Positions 1 to 12,200 of a stretch of DNA of 64,000 nt are shown piece after piece. Under the pieces are notes generated by a model, which did no database searches, was not told where the DNA came from, and worked only from the letters and a program-made list of their open reading frames with translations. A program made the position numbers and the translations under genes. The DNA is taken from assembly GCA_013265495.1 (NCBI GenBank), contig MU057887.1, positions 2,761,576 through 2,825,575 of the forward strand, given 5' to 3'. Within the stretch, counting starts at the first letter, position 1; every line of letters starts with the position of its first letter. Source of the stretch: Vicugna vicugna. Lineage: Eukaryota.

Positions 1-2715
1 TGGAGAGCCCCGATTCTGCCTGCTCGTGGGGGTGCCCTCCGCTGCCTCCCGGCTGAGCCCCTATCGAGGCTGGAGACCCGATGTGGGGGCACTTCCTGCC
101 TCACTGGCCAGCCGCCGTCAACCAGGTACACCTGAGGTTCCCGTCCGGCTGAGCACGGCCGCCAGGTCGCAGGAGGGTGGAGGCGGGCTCCAGGCAGCCC
201 CTGGGCGGCTTCCAGGGACCGCGGGCACCAGCCTTTCAGGGGCTGGTGGGAGGCAGGGCTCCATCACTGGCGTCACGGTCACAGGGGAAGCAGGCACGCC
301 TGGCCCAGTGCTCCCAGGTGAAGAGGACACCGGCTGTGCTTGTGCACAGTGGGAAGGTTCCTACAGCCTTGCCAGGATCCTAGAGGCGCTCGGCTGCAGG
401 GCCCTCATTGTGGACGGATGGACAGCCGACTCCCAAGTCCTCGGTGGGCTTGGTCGAGCGGGTGCAGCGGCCAAGCCTTCAGAGAGCTGCTGCCCACAGC
501 CACATCCATGGGTGGCCACGCAATGCCCTGGAGCCTCCAGGTCCCTGGTCCCGGGCCTTTGTCCTGCGGGGCAGGGCGGGCATCTGAGGACCGCTCAGTC
601 CCGTTAACACTGTTCGAGTGCCGGCTCCCCGCAGCTGACTCGCAGGGGCTCCCGGGGGACAGCTCTCACTGCTGCCTCCTTCCTGGTCCCCGGGGAAGAG
701 ACAATGTCCCGTGAACGCATTTGCATGCTGATCACGCTGCCATTATGTATCCGCGTTTTTATCATGAGAAGAATGAGATAATCACGTTGGTATCTACTGA
801 ATAGACTTTAAAAGATTGCAAGACGGCACTTTCGTTGGGAGAGGGGAATTAGTTTAAAAATACGCTGTCAAAATATGTTGTTCTAAATGCTGAGATGATG
901 GTTCTTTTGTTTTGCTTTGTTTCTTGAATGTGTCATTAGCAGAAATTAACAATGACATCGACTGTGAGACGGGCCACCGCTCCTCGGAAGGGAGGTGCTG
1001 AGTTGTTCTTGTCATTTTTCTGAAATGATTTCTTTGCCTTTAAGTATTACATCTCTCGTGCAGAAAGCCCATCGTAGCTTTTCATTCCTTTTGTGAAAGT
1101 CAGATGTGTGCGTTGGGAGAACTCAGGACGTCCCTTCGGGGCCCGCGACGGCCTCCGCCCGCTCCCGGCGTGGGCTGGGTCCAGCCCCGGGGGGACGTGG
1201 GTCCCCGGCCCCAGGCTGGGCTGTGCGGGCCACACGCCCCAATGTGTTGTCTCAACTCCCTATAGCTCTCGTCCGTGTTTCGGAGCCCAGCCAGGTCCAC
1301 CCTCTGAGGACACCTAGAGCAGGGCAGCGTGAACGCTTCCCAGGCCGACGGGCAAATGCCTGTGCGTTACGTGAGGTGGGTGTGTGTCTGCGTCCGCGGG
1401 TGAGCAGGTGACTGAATGAGTGAATGGGCGAATGGCTTCAGGAACGCAGGGCGGCCGAGGGGAGCCGTGGCCCCACGCCGGGGGCTCCCTGCTGAGGAGC
1501 CCGCACCTCGATGTCCTCTTCCTGAGACCCCTCCCTGGAGGTCGTGCTGTCTGAGCCTCAGGCCCACAGCAGAGGCGGGAGCCACCTGCTCCCTCCCTCC
1601 CTTCTCCCATCCTGCCCAGAATCCTCTCCTGGGAAGATTCTGGGATCCCAGAGGCCGCCGGGACCCAGAGAAAGGCGCGCGCTGACCCTGGCAGGACTCC
1701 AGCAGGGGGGCGGTGGCAGCTCCCAGCAGCCCCCAGGCCGTAACCCCTCCTGCCTGCAGGATCGATCACCCTGGCCCTGGACTGTAGAACCTTCCAGAAG
1801 GCAGACCAGGCATGGCTCAGGGAAGACGGGGCAGGCATAGAGTCAGTGTGTCAGGGAGGATGGGGGCCCCGACACGGACCCTGAGGTGGGCAGCAGGCAG
1901 CCCCCAGCTCCACCCCGGAGCCCTCCGCCGGCCTGTCCCAGGGAAGCCCGGGAGGCATCGCAGCTCAGGGTGGTGGTGACTCAGAGACACGCCCGGGGGC
2001 ACAGCGAGGACAGCGTTTTGCGCATTTAAATTTCAATAATTCTTTTTCCAGAGTGAGAAGGAAACATAGATCGCTGCACCAGTTAAGAACACACTTCCCG
2101 GAAGGACACTCAGGCCCCCCTCGTGCCTCATCCAGAAGTTCCCACCCCACCCAGTGCTGGGCAGTCCCGGTGCCACTCTGGCGGGGGCCAGACCAGGTGC
2201 CTGGCCACTGGCACCCCCCACCTCCCCAGAGCCCCACAGGGAGGCGCCCACCCTCCTCCCGGGGTCCGAGCGGGTGAGGGCGGCCCAGAGAAGGCGAATG
2301 GAGGAGAAATGCCCAGGGGCTGCCAGGGCTGTGGGTCTCCCCGGGCTGCTGTGCCCCCCACCCAGGGGCCCAGGAGGGCAGCCGAGCCGCACGGTGGCTG
2401 CTGCTCCGGGCGGCAGCCCCTGGGGAGGAGCTGGTTTCTCCTGTCTTAAGGCAGCTCTGGGCAGCCCCAGGGGCCCTCGTGGGGGGGGGCGTGCGCCTGA
2501 TCTCGGTGGGGGATGCGGGTGGTAGGGGCCGTCAGGGGGCCCCGTGGACGCACAAAGCAGCCATCTCCCTCGTGGGCATGTGGTTCTCGCTTCCGTCGAG
2601 GCTGGGTGGGGGTGGCAGGGACATCCGGCTCACGTTGGGTTCCAGCCCATAAGCCCTTCCTGAGCGTGGGGGCCCCGGACAGACGGGGTCTCAGCCCTCG
2701 GGAAGCTGGCGTCCC

Positions 2716-2810
2716 AGTGTGTGTGCACACGCGTGCGGGGTGTCTGAGAGCACGCGTGTGTGTGGACATCACCCTCGTGGGTGCCTGTTTGTGCGTGTGA
2801 GGCTGCATGC
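2716..2810. repeat. (TG/CG)-rich low-complexity tract
   Basis: gtgtgtgtgcacacgcgtgcgggg...gcacgcgtgtgtgtgg...gtgcgtgtg. Confidence 0.6.
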
Positions 2811-5607
2811 GGAGGAGTTGCGTGCGACTCCGTCTGGGGCTCCGGGCTCACTGCACCCCCAGGCTCTGACCAAGCCCAGCCTCCACGCTCCTTCCTGGCC
2901 CTGCAGCCCGGCCAGTGACTCCCACCCTTTCCCGCAGCCCTGCTGTTTGAGTGGCTGCTGCCACGATGTGGAAAGTCCCCCTGGAGGGAGGGAGGCTGTG
3001 CAGGAAAGAAAGGCTCTTCCTCCTGGAAACTGGCACGTGGACCCCAGCCCAGGTGTGCAGGGCAGTTCCCACCAGATTGGGGCTTCTCCGCTTCCTTGAA
3101 GTGGTGCCCCACTGGTGGGCCTGCATCTTCCTTGCTGAGTGGCCCCGTGGCCTCCTCACTGTAGGACGAGGCCTTAACCCTCGGAAGTTCCAGAGACAGC
3201 AGGTCCTCAGCCCTGTGGTGGGGGGGACATCAGTTGGCAAAGTGGCCCCACCTGGCCAACAGGCCCAGACAAGGGGACCGTCCAGGAGCCTCTGAGCAGG
3301 CAGACGCCACTGGACAACCTCGGGGGCCCAGGAGCCAGGCTCTGAAACTTGATTTTGGGAGAACGGGTGGGAGGAGCAGAGGACAGTGAGGGGACAGTGT
3401 TCCGGGCAGAAAGCCCAGCCTAGGCAGAGGCCTGGGGTGGGGACTCTGCACAGGGTGAGCGGTGGGCAGGCCACTAGGCCACAGAGGCCACTGACCAAAG
3501 CAAAGAACACCATGAAGGGTCATAACATGGCAGTGACCAATGAAACCTTTTTTATTTCTAGGAACTTACTCTGAGGCCCACGTGTCTGAGCTCCGTGTGA
3601 AGGCGGGGAGATCCAAGGCCTTCAGGGCGTCCAGGCAGGAGACCCGGGTCTGGGCGGGAGCGCAGGCTGTCTGGCCGGACGTCCCGGGATCCGGGCTGGA
3701 CTGTGTGAGCTGGACTTTCAGTCCCAGTGTGGCGGTGGGCTGGGTGTGCGGTGCAGGGGAGCAGGTGGGTGAGTGTGGCTGGGCAGGGCCAGGGGGCGGG
3801 GAACTCTTGAAGGAAGGGCCGTCGAGTGAGGTGGGATCCTGGACGAGCTGGGGCGGCCCTCGGCGTCCGCTGTGGACTAGGCCTTGGGCCCTGTGTGCAT
3901 GGCTGTGGGACGGGGCAGCCTTGCCCGCTTCTGCGCTGGTGACCCTGCAGCCTCTCGGTCACCATGGAGACCCTAGGAGGAGGCGGGGCTGCATCCCCAC
4001 TTCTGTAGCAGCAGCAGTTCAGCAAATCTCCTCTCCTCTGCCTGTGATGTCCGAGGTTGTCTGACCAGCAGGCGGTCCGGAGCCACGCGCTCCTCGCGCC
4101 ATGTCTTCCTAAAAAGATGCGGGCAGAGCCAGCCTCCCTCGTCAGCTGGCTGAGGGGCAGGGGGTCATCCAGTCCAACTGGCTGGTGTTTTACCAGGAGA
4201 GGAACTGAGGCCCAGGGCAGATAGTGGGCCGGCAGGGCTCTCCTGTCTGCCACCGGCGTGCAGGTAGGGGTCACCACTGAGGAGGGTGAGTGGGCTTGGG
4301 GTCTTCGGGGTGGGAGGAGCAGAGATGGGAGGCCCCCCGGCAGGGCCCCCGTGAGTGAGCGGGGAGTGCATCCCCCCCCCAGCCTGCAGCTGTGTCCTCG
4401 CCCGGCGCCCAGGCTGCAGTGGCGTCCCGGCAGGTGCAGGGCTGTCTGCTCAGGCCCGCCCTCCACACCCGACTGCGGGCACACGGTGGTGCTCGGCCAG
4501 AGCAGGACCCCGCATGCTCCAAAACGCCAGGAAAGGGCCGCGGCTGGAGTGGCGGGGGCCTGGCACTGACTGGAGGAGGGTCTCTCGAGGGTCACCAAGT
4601 CCTGGAATTTCTTTCCCGACGGGCATCCAGCCTCCGGCCAGAACAAAATGTCACGCTGTGCCGTCACCCAGAGAAGGTCATTTCACTTTTCCCCACTTTT
4701 ATTTTTCCTCTTCCCACCCATCCCTTCTCTCTGGACAGAGAAGCCAGTGTCTGGACCAAGATGAGAACATTAGGTCGAGGCTGGGCCTGCGGCCGGGCAC
4801 AGCGGGGTCCTCGCCCTTTGCTGGGAAGTGCGGAGGGCGCCTCTGTGGTCTGTGGGCAGGGGCTCCGTGCCCCAAAGTGCAGCGAGGGAGCCTCGGCACC
4901 AAGGCCCCTGGGAGACACAGAGAGGCCAGCGCAGATGATGCGGGGACAGGCCTTCTTCCCGGGTTCTGCCCAGGGGTCCCCATGGAGGTGGCCCTGCCCA
5001 GTCTGCGATGGAGCTGATGGGGTGCCAGGGCAGAGAGGAGAGGCCGTGTGTGCCGGGCAGGAGGTTCAGGAGAGCAGAGGGCTGGGTGGGTAGGGGCATG
5101 GAGGCTACGCAGGGGCAGTGGGATTAGCTGACGCCCAGGGTTGAGCTCCTGGTTGCACGTCCCCTCCCTCCTGTGTTAGTTGGGGGTGCCTGGCTGGGGG
5201 CCTCGGGGGTCAGGGAAGGGCTTGGATCTGGTGACCACTGTGGTCAGGTCGGCCCGGAGAAAGGTGGCCCTGCAGTGGTTCAGAGGGAGGGGTGCAGGTT
5301 GGGGTGGCTGGTCAGTGCGCTGGTGGTGGGGCCCCGGTTACACTTGATACGGAGCCACACCTGTCCCTCTGGTCCCCTCATGTCCTTCCAGCCTCACTTG
5401 TCCCTGGTCGAGGCTGGGACGGCTCTGCCACCTGTGCCTATGAGTCCTTGGACGCCTCCCCTCCCCCCCAGGACCCTCCCCCCCGCCCCTGGGCTGCTGG
5501 GTGTGGGGCTCCCCCACCGGAGGACGCCCCTGGCCCGGCTCCCGGGCCTGGCGGGACTGACCAGGGCGGGGTCAGAACACTTCGTCATGGAGCATTACGG
5601 TTCTGAT

Positions 5608-6215
5608 TCCGTGTGTGTGTGTGTGAGTGTGCCCACACGTGGCTCCTGAGAAGGTGCAATGTTTCCAGGGGATCATGTGGGGCGACAGTCCCACTGTGTG
5701 TGCACACGACTCCTAGAAACATATCTTCTCCACACGCAGGCACGCTCCCCGTCTCCCCGTAATCCCGCGCGTGTGTGTGTGCGTGTGGAGAAGACACACG
5801 TTTACGACTCCTGTGCACGGAGAGGGGACGGCAGCGTGGAGTGACCTCTGTGTTGAGACGAACCATCTGACTCGCATGTTGGTGGGTGTGTGTACATCAC
5901 AGACGTGTACGAGACACGCGTATGCAAAGGCTGATTGAACGCGTCGTGTGTGTGTGTGTGCGTGTGCGCTCACCCCCATGCACACACAGCAGGGACCACG
6001 CACACGCACACGCCTGCACACACTGCAGGGGAAGAGCCCCTCTGCTCTCTGGTCCGTGCAGGGAAGCTGACCCAGAGCCAGCAGCGGTTCTCAGCAGCTG
6101 GTGGTTTTCTTCTGAAACTCGGCAGAAGCAGCCGTCCGTGCGGACGCGGGACTCGGTCTTCGTGTGCCCCCCGCGCACACGCACACCCAGTTAACCCGCA
6201 GCGCGGGCTCTGTTG
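5608..6215. repeat. Interspersed (TG)n and (CA)n low-complexity tract
   Basis: Several gtgtgtgt runs alternating with cacac runs; acacgactcc-like submotifs recur. Confidence 0.8.
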
Positions 6216-9200
6216 AGACACGAGGAGGAGCCTGGTCTGTCCGCGGGCTTCCCCCTCCTCAAGCCAGGAAACGAGCGGGTTCCCCTGGCTTGCTGACGAG
6301 TTCTGGCCTGCGCCAGGCGTCAGCCCGGGGAGCCGCCAGTGCCGAGCGGGCGGACGCGGGGTCCGTGCGCGCCGACGCGGCGCGCTGTCCGGGGCCCGGG
6401 GCCCGGCCTGTTGTGCCCAGCATTCCGCTAGAGGAACATGGGCTGCAGCCTGGTTCTCGAAATGTGACATTTCAAAAGCACACGAGGAGCTGTTCACTCG
6501 TGGGTTTCCCTGTCAACAGCACACCCGTCCTCCGTGGCGGCCTGGCTGCCGGCCCGGCCAGCCTCCTGGCCCACGACAGGCTACCTCTGTTTCCGCAGGG
6601 ACGGCCACAGGGCACGCGGACAGGGCGGCGGCTCCGCAGCTGGGCAGAGTGTGGGCCGTGGGGGAGGTGGGCTCCGGCTGTGGGGGCCTGGTGGCCGCCC
6701 CCTCCTCCCCGCCTCCCTCCGCTCTTCGTACCTGGGGTCTCGTGTTGGCGTGGCTGTCCAGGATGGTCCATGTCTGCGGGTTGGGTGTCCCTGGTGGGAT
6801 GAAGGAAGGGGCTGGGGCTCAAATCCTGACTCGGCCACATCGCGCTGTGCAGCCCCGGCCAGCATGTCTTCTCCGATTCTCCACAGCTGGTCACCAACGT
6901 GCATCAACAGGGCTCTTCTGAGCTCCAGGTGACGTGTGGCTCCTTGTGGGTGTGGACTGAAGGTCACGGCCTCCTCCTTGTTCAAGGAGAAGCCCTGCAG
7001 GGGGGCACCTGGGGCTCTTCCCTGCCCCCCCCAGCTTACCCCATTGGACGGGGGCCGGGGCGTCTCCATGGACACCCCCGCCGTGGATTCCAGGCAGCGT
7101 AAGGCTGTCATTGTCACCTGCTGTGGGGCACTTCTTGCCTGCAGCCCGATTCTGTATTTCCAAGGAGCGAAGAGTGAATGTTACCCCCTTAAAGGGCTAT
7201 CACAGCAACAGAGGGAGAACGTGAGTGACAAGGTCGGTGCAAAGTGTGTGGTAGATTCGTCTGCTCGGGCGTGAACACACACAGCTTATACATCTTGGGC
7301 ACATACCCATTTCGGTAAACTGACGGGATGCGGGCGCGGGAGGTTTGGAGGGCTGGGGCGGGAAGCCGCAGCTCCGGTCAGGCGAGGCCGGTTCCGCTGA
7401 CTGAAGGACCCCGAGGCCTTCCGTGACCCGCCCAGTAATTGCTGTTTTCAGACCCTGCTTTCTTGGGACATAATGACATTTCTCCATCACAAAGGATGCT
7501 GGCTTTGTGATAATGAAGGCAAGGCCCTGGAGAGGTGGCCAGAAAGACCCTGGTGGGCCCTCAAATCGGTTTATTTGCCAGGTAATCAGCGGCAGTGGAG
7601 GCGCCGTGAGAGGACCCGGCTTGGTGTAGACGGTGCGCGGTCGGGCCCCGCGGGACGGGTGTGGGTGGGCGGCCTCCCTCGGAAAGTGACTGGTTCGGTT
7701 TCTCAGGCAAGAAGAGCAATTTGATTTCCCTTTTGGTACCTGGGCTGAAACGACGAGAATTACTCTGCTGGCTTTTCCTGAAGACAGAGTGCGTGGAGAC
7801 GGCTGTCGTTCGTCGGGGGGTGTCTCTGGCCCCTCTTCCGCTGTTTGGGGCGGGCGCGGTGCTTGTGAGGCGTGGGGGGGTGTGCCGCAGCAGTGAGGAG
7901 TGAGGCTGACCGAGGGCGTCGTGGGCGGGAGCACCACGCGCCGTCCTGTGCCGGGACCTCCAGGCCTTCGGGGTCTGGTCTCGCCCTCTCGGGCCCTCAG
8001 GACACGGGCCAAGGTCCCCGAGAGCCCGTTCCGTGTGGACACCTCTGCCATGCCGGGGGCCCCGGCACCTGTAGCCCGACTGGCCGTCACTGGAGCCTCC
8101 GCTCCAAGGAAGAGAAGCCACAAGCAGGAAAATAAATCGGCGGCAGATACATCCAGTGGCCAGAGGGTCCCTCCAGAACTGGACGTGGACCTGGAGCTTG
8201 GCGGTGGCAGGAGGCTGCGGGGGCAGCAGGTCAGGGAGGACTGCTCCCAGGAGGCGACGTTTTAGTGAGCGCTGGAGGGCGAGAAGGCAGAGGTGGTCTT
8301 GTACGGGGGCACTGCTGCGTCCCAAACCTTCAGCGGGTCCAGGGCTGGCCTGTGGCCACCTGGAGTGGGGGACACAGGTGGGAGAGGCTTTGGTTTGGTT
8401 CCACATGTGACGGAGCCTCAGGAGGACACAGTCTGATTCAGGCCCTAAGGGCTCCCAGACGGGGGGGGGTCACGGATTGGGGTGGTGAGTGGGACAGGAG
8501 GGGGCCAATGGGAAGGGGATGGGGGAGTCAGGGTAACTGGCGGTGCTCGGGTGAGGGGAGAGGGGGCCCTGGTGGCCCTGAGCCATCTCATCCCAGCCGT
8601 GCCGGGGGAAGGACACCCACTGGAGCTGAGCCCCAGGAGGTCACAGAACTGAGATGCTATCAGTTACAGGTGGCAGAGAGCTCGACTAAGACCAGCTTAA
8701 ACAGAAAAGGGGCCAGTGGCTCCCAGCACGGGGAGGAGGGCTGTGGGTGCCCCTGCCCCTCTCGGGGGCCCCTTACCCGACGAGCCTGCCAGCCACACCC
8801 AGGGCTGCCTCTCCCCTCCCAGCGCTGGGCTCAGACCCAGGCCCGGCCTTCTGGGGGGAGGCTGAGCTGTGTCGTGGCTGGACCGGCCAGGGTAACAGAC
8901 CCACTCTTGTGCCACAAACTGTGGGCAGGAGACGGAGGACGCTGTGGCCTGGGTGGTGGGGCTGCCCCAGGAGATGGGCCAGCTGCCCTGGGCTGTGGCT
9001 TCTCCAGGTGGGTGGACCCCTGCAGGGAAAACCCGCAGACGCCGGGCAGCGGGGGGGGGCTGGGAAGAGACGCTGCCTGGCCCTGCAGGGCCCTTCTCAG
9101 AGGCCACTTTTCCAGGGTCACTGGGGCCGAAATCGCATGCCGTGTAATGAAGCGACGAGGTCACCAGCCTCTCCGTTCCTGGATCCCCCACGTCCAGCGA

Positions 9201-12200
9201 GGCACTTGCACTGCTGGCGTCCAGAGTGGCCCAGCTCAGGCCATCCGGGCAGCCCCCCCGCGACGCAGAGAAGCGAGGGTGCGGACTTACCTGGGGACCC
9301 CATGCGGCCTCAGACGCCTCCATTCTTTTCATGAATCCCAGACTCAATGCCCTTTCCTTCAGTTCTTTCTCGAGTTGCTGTGTTCAATAATCTCATCTTG
9401 GCCAACTGCTCCTTCTGCGCAGACGGCATCATCGAGAATGTAGTCACTGTGCTGCCGTAAACACGCGGCCTCGGTTCCCGCTTCCCTTTGACGTGGACGA
9501 ACTTTGTGGCCTCGGTGTACGGGTCGCTCTGTGTTTTTCGTCGCCCATAGTAACAGCAGGCGTTTGTTAAAGCCGGCCCGGTGGTGCCGGGCCTGCCTGG
9601 GGACTGACGCGCGGGTGTGTGGCCGGGACTCACGGGCACCCTGGAGAGCGCCTCCCGCAGGGAAACGGGCCCCGGGCTGAGCGTCGTGCCCGAGGACCCT
9701 GGGCCAGGGAGACCAGGCCGGCAGTCAGGGCCCGGGGGGCGCAGCCTTTCCTGCTGCCGAGGCCGCCGGGTGTGTGCGGGGGCCCGGGACGGTTCCCCAG
9801 GTCTCTGTGCCTTTCTGGCCGGAGGTGCTGGATCCGGGCCCTTGGAGGCTGCTCCCTGTGTAAAGACAGCTCCACGTCTGATCGGGGCCGTCCCGGCTCT
9901 GGCTTAGGGGTAAGGTCTCAGGCAGATTGTTCAGCCCCCGTGGTCACACTTGCTTGTCGACCACACGGGGCTGTGGGCGGCTCCTCTCCACGCTGTGAGG
10001 ATGGAGAGTCCTGGCGTCCCTGCAGGGGCCATGCTGGGGGGTCCCCTCCCCACCTCGTCTTGGCCCCAGGCTCGAGGCCCTTCTTGGGAAGGCCGTGCTT
10101 CAAGCCTAGGGACCGGTGGCCGGCCAGGAGCGCAGCCCTGCCGGGCTGCGGGGCGCGGGGGCCGGTGGTGCCCGTGGCCCTGGGAGGCCCGAGCTCGCAG
10201 CTGCAGTGTGTCCCCGGCTCAGCCCTGCTCGGCAGGTCGCTTGAGTGTCCCTCCCAATGCCGTGTTCACAGCTGGGTTTCCAGGGCCCTCGGGCACGAGA
10301 CAGGTTTCCCGGGGCCTCTGTGACAAAGTACTGTGAGCAGGGTGGCTCCAAACAGCAGACGGGTCCTGTCTCACAGCCTGGAGACCAGAAGCCTGGGAGG
10401 CAGATGGGCTTCCTCCTGGGAAGAGCACGTTCCCTGCCAGCTTCCGGGGGCTCCCTGGCCTGGGGCTGCATCCCCCAGGGTCTGCCCCGTCCTCACAGGG
10501 AGCTCTCTGTCCACATGTCTCCCCTTCTTAAAAGGGCCCCGATCTTACTGGGTCCAGGGCCCACCCTCCTTCAGTGTGACCTCGTCCTCACCAGTCCCAT
10601 CCGCAGCAGCTCGGCTTCCAAATGAGGAAGTGCGGACACGAGGGTTCCGAGGGTTCGGACTTGAGCATCTCTCTTTAGGGGACACAGCTGAACCCCTAAA
10701 GACAGGCTGGCCTGTCTGGGCCCCGGTCTGCGCACCCAGCGCCGCCCTTCCTGGCTGCTGGGAGGTGTTACGGAGCCCGAGGGAGGCGTGCGTTAGATGG
10801 AAGGTGGCATCTGTCCAAACAAGGTGAACTGCCTGGTGGTTAACGCAAACCCCGTGTGCCCGGGGAACGGTGACTGGGCCACCCAGAGTGTGGGGCGCCC
10901 CGGCGTGCAGACCGGGGGTGCAGCTGGCTCCCAGCACCGCACTGCCAGGGCCTCTGCAGGACCCTGGCCTCAGGGGGAGGGGAGGGTGGTCCTGGGTGGG
11001 TCTGTGATGGCTCTGGGGCAGGACAGGGAGGCAAGCGGGAGGCCGGCCCGGCGGCCACAGGCTGAGCCCTGGCCAGTCTCGGGTGAGCGGGGCGTGTGCT
11101 CAGGAGCCCAGAGCAGGGCGAGCAGGGGCGCTGCCTCCCGCCCAGGCCCAGCCCAGGCCTGGCACCTGGCGCCCGCCATGTCTGATCTTTCCAGGAACAC
11201 AGCACGGTCACTTCTACCTGTTTTTAATTCCTCCTTTGGCCCCACTGAACGTCAGAACGCTGAATGGCATTAACTTTTCCTGCTAAACTCCCATCAGCCG
11301 AGACACTCACCCTCCCCAGGGCGGGAGGTCGGGCCCCAGTCATTTTTGGCAATAACATTTGTGGAACTTATAGAGAAAATGTTCATAAAAGGATCATAAA
11401 ATGTAATCCTGGCTGAGACGCCGGCCCGAGTGGAGGGGAGGTGACCTTTCCCGTTATCCTGGAGGAAGTGTCGCCCAGGAGAGCGGGCAGTGGGGTCTCG
11501 CGTCTGAGGAGCGCCCCCCCCGCCAGGCGAGTCCTGAGCCGAGGCCGCCCTCCTAGGGAGCCGCCCAGCGCGGCCCCTGTGGCTGAGGGCCGTCCGGAGG
11601 GAGGGCAGAGTCTCCCCTACAAGGGGGCCGTCGGGCACTGCGCGTGCGGCCTGCCCGCCTCTGTCCTGCCCATCTTGGGCCCGCTGACTTCTTGCTTTCC
11701 TGGGGCGACTGTGGCCCCGTCTGGGCAGAGGCCCTGGCCCCCTCCAGCTGGCGTGCCCTGGCCAAGGAGATGCATCTCTCTGCCCCCGGGAGAGGCTGGA
11801 GTTGCTCCCAGGACTCAGGGAAAGGGGGCTGAGTGTCCCACCGGGCGGGAGCCGGTCAGGACAGGACCTGACACTTGTGGGGCGCCAGGCTCTGGCCAGG
11901 CTTGGCCTCGGGGTGCAGGGACGCCCTGCCCAGGGGGCCCGCGCCAGGGGGCGTCCAACGGCCGCGTGGCCAGCCCAGCCTGCAGTGCAGGCCCAGCCTG
12001 CTCTGGGGGTCGGCACAGAGGGTTCTGAGACCACGCACTCCCAAGGCCCCTGCACCATCAGACCCGCGTGCCTGGCACGCAGTGGTCCCGTCTGCCAGGC
12101 CCGGGGGCCAGGTGGCGGAAATGGAGGAAGTTGGGGGAGCTGGGGGAGTCCCCTGCAGGAGGAGCTTTCGGTGGGTCCCAAGGCTTCACTGACATCTCCA

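Noticed and set aside
8460-8535. G-run cluster with G-quadruplex potential
   Set aside because: G4-like runs are everywhere in this GC-rich window, so this one is not distinctive.
9310-9639. Lower-GC island with a 109-aa minus-strand ORF (YTEATKFVHVKGK...)
   Set aside because: No recognisable homology; may be a decayed repeat. A BLASTX/Dfam search would settle it.
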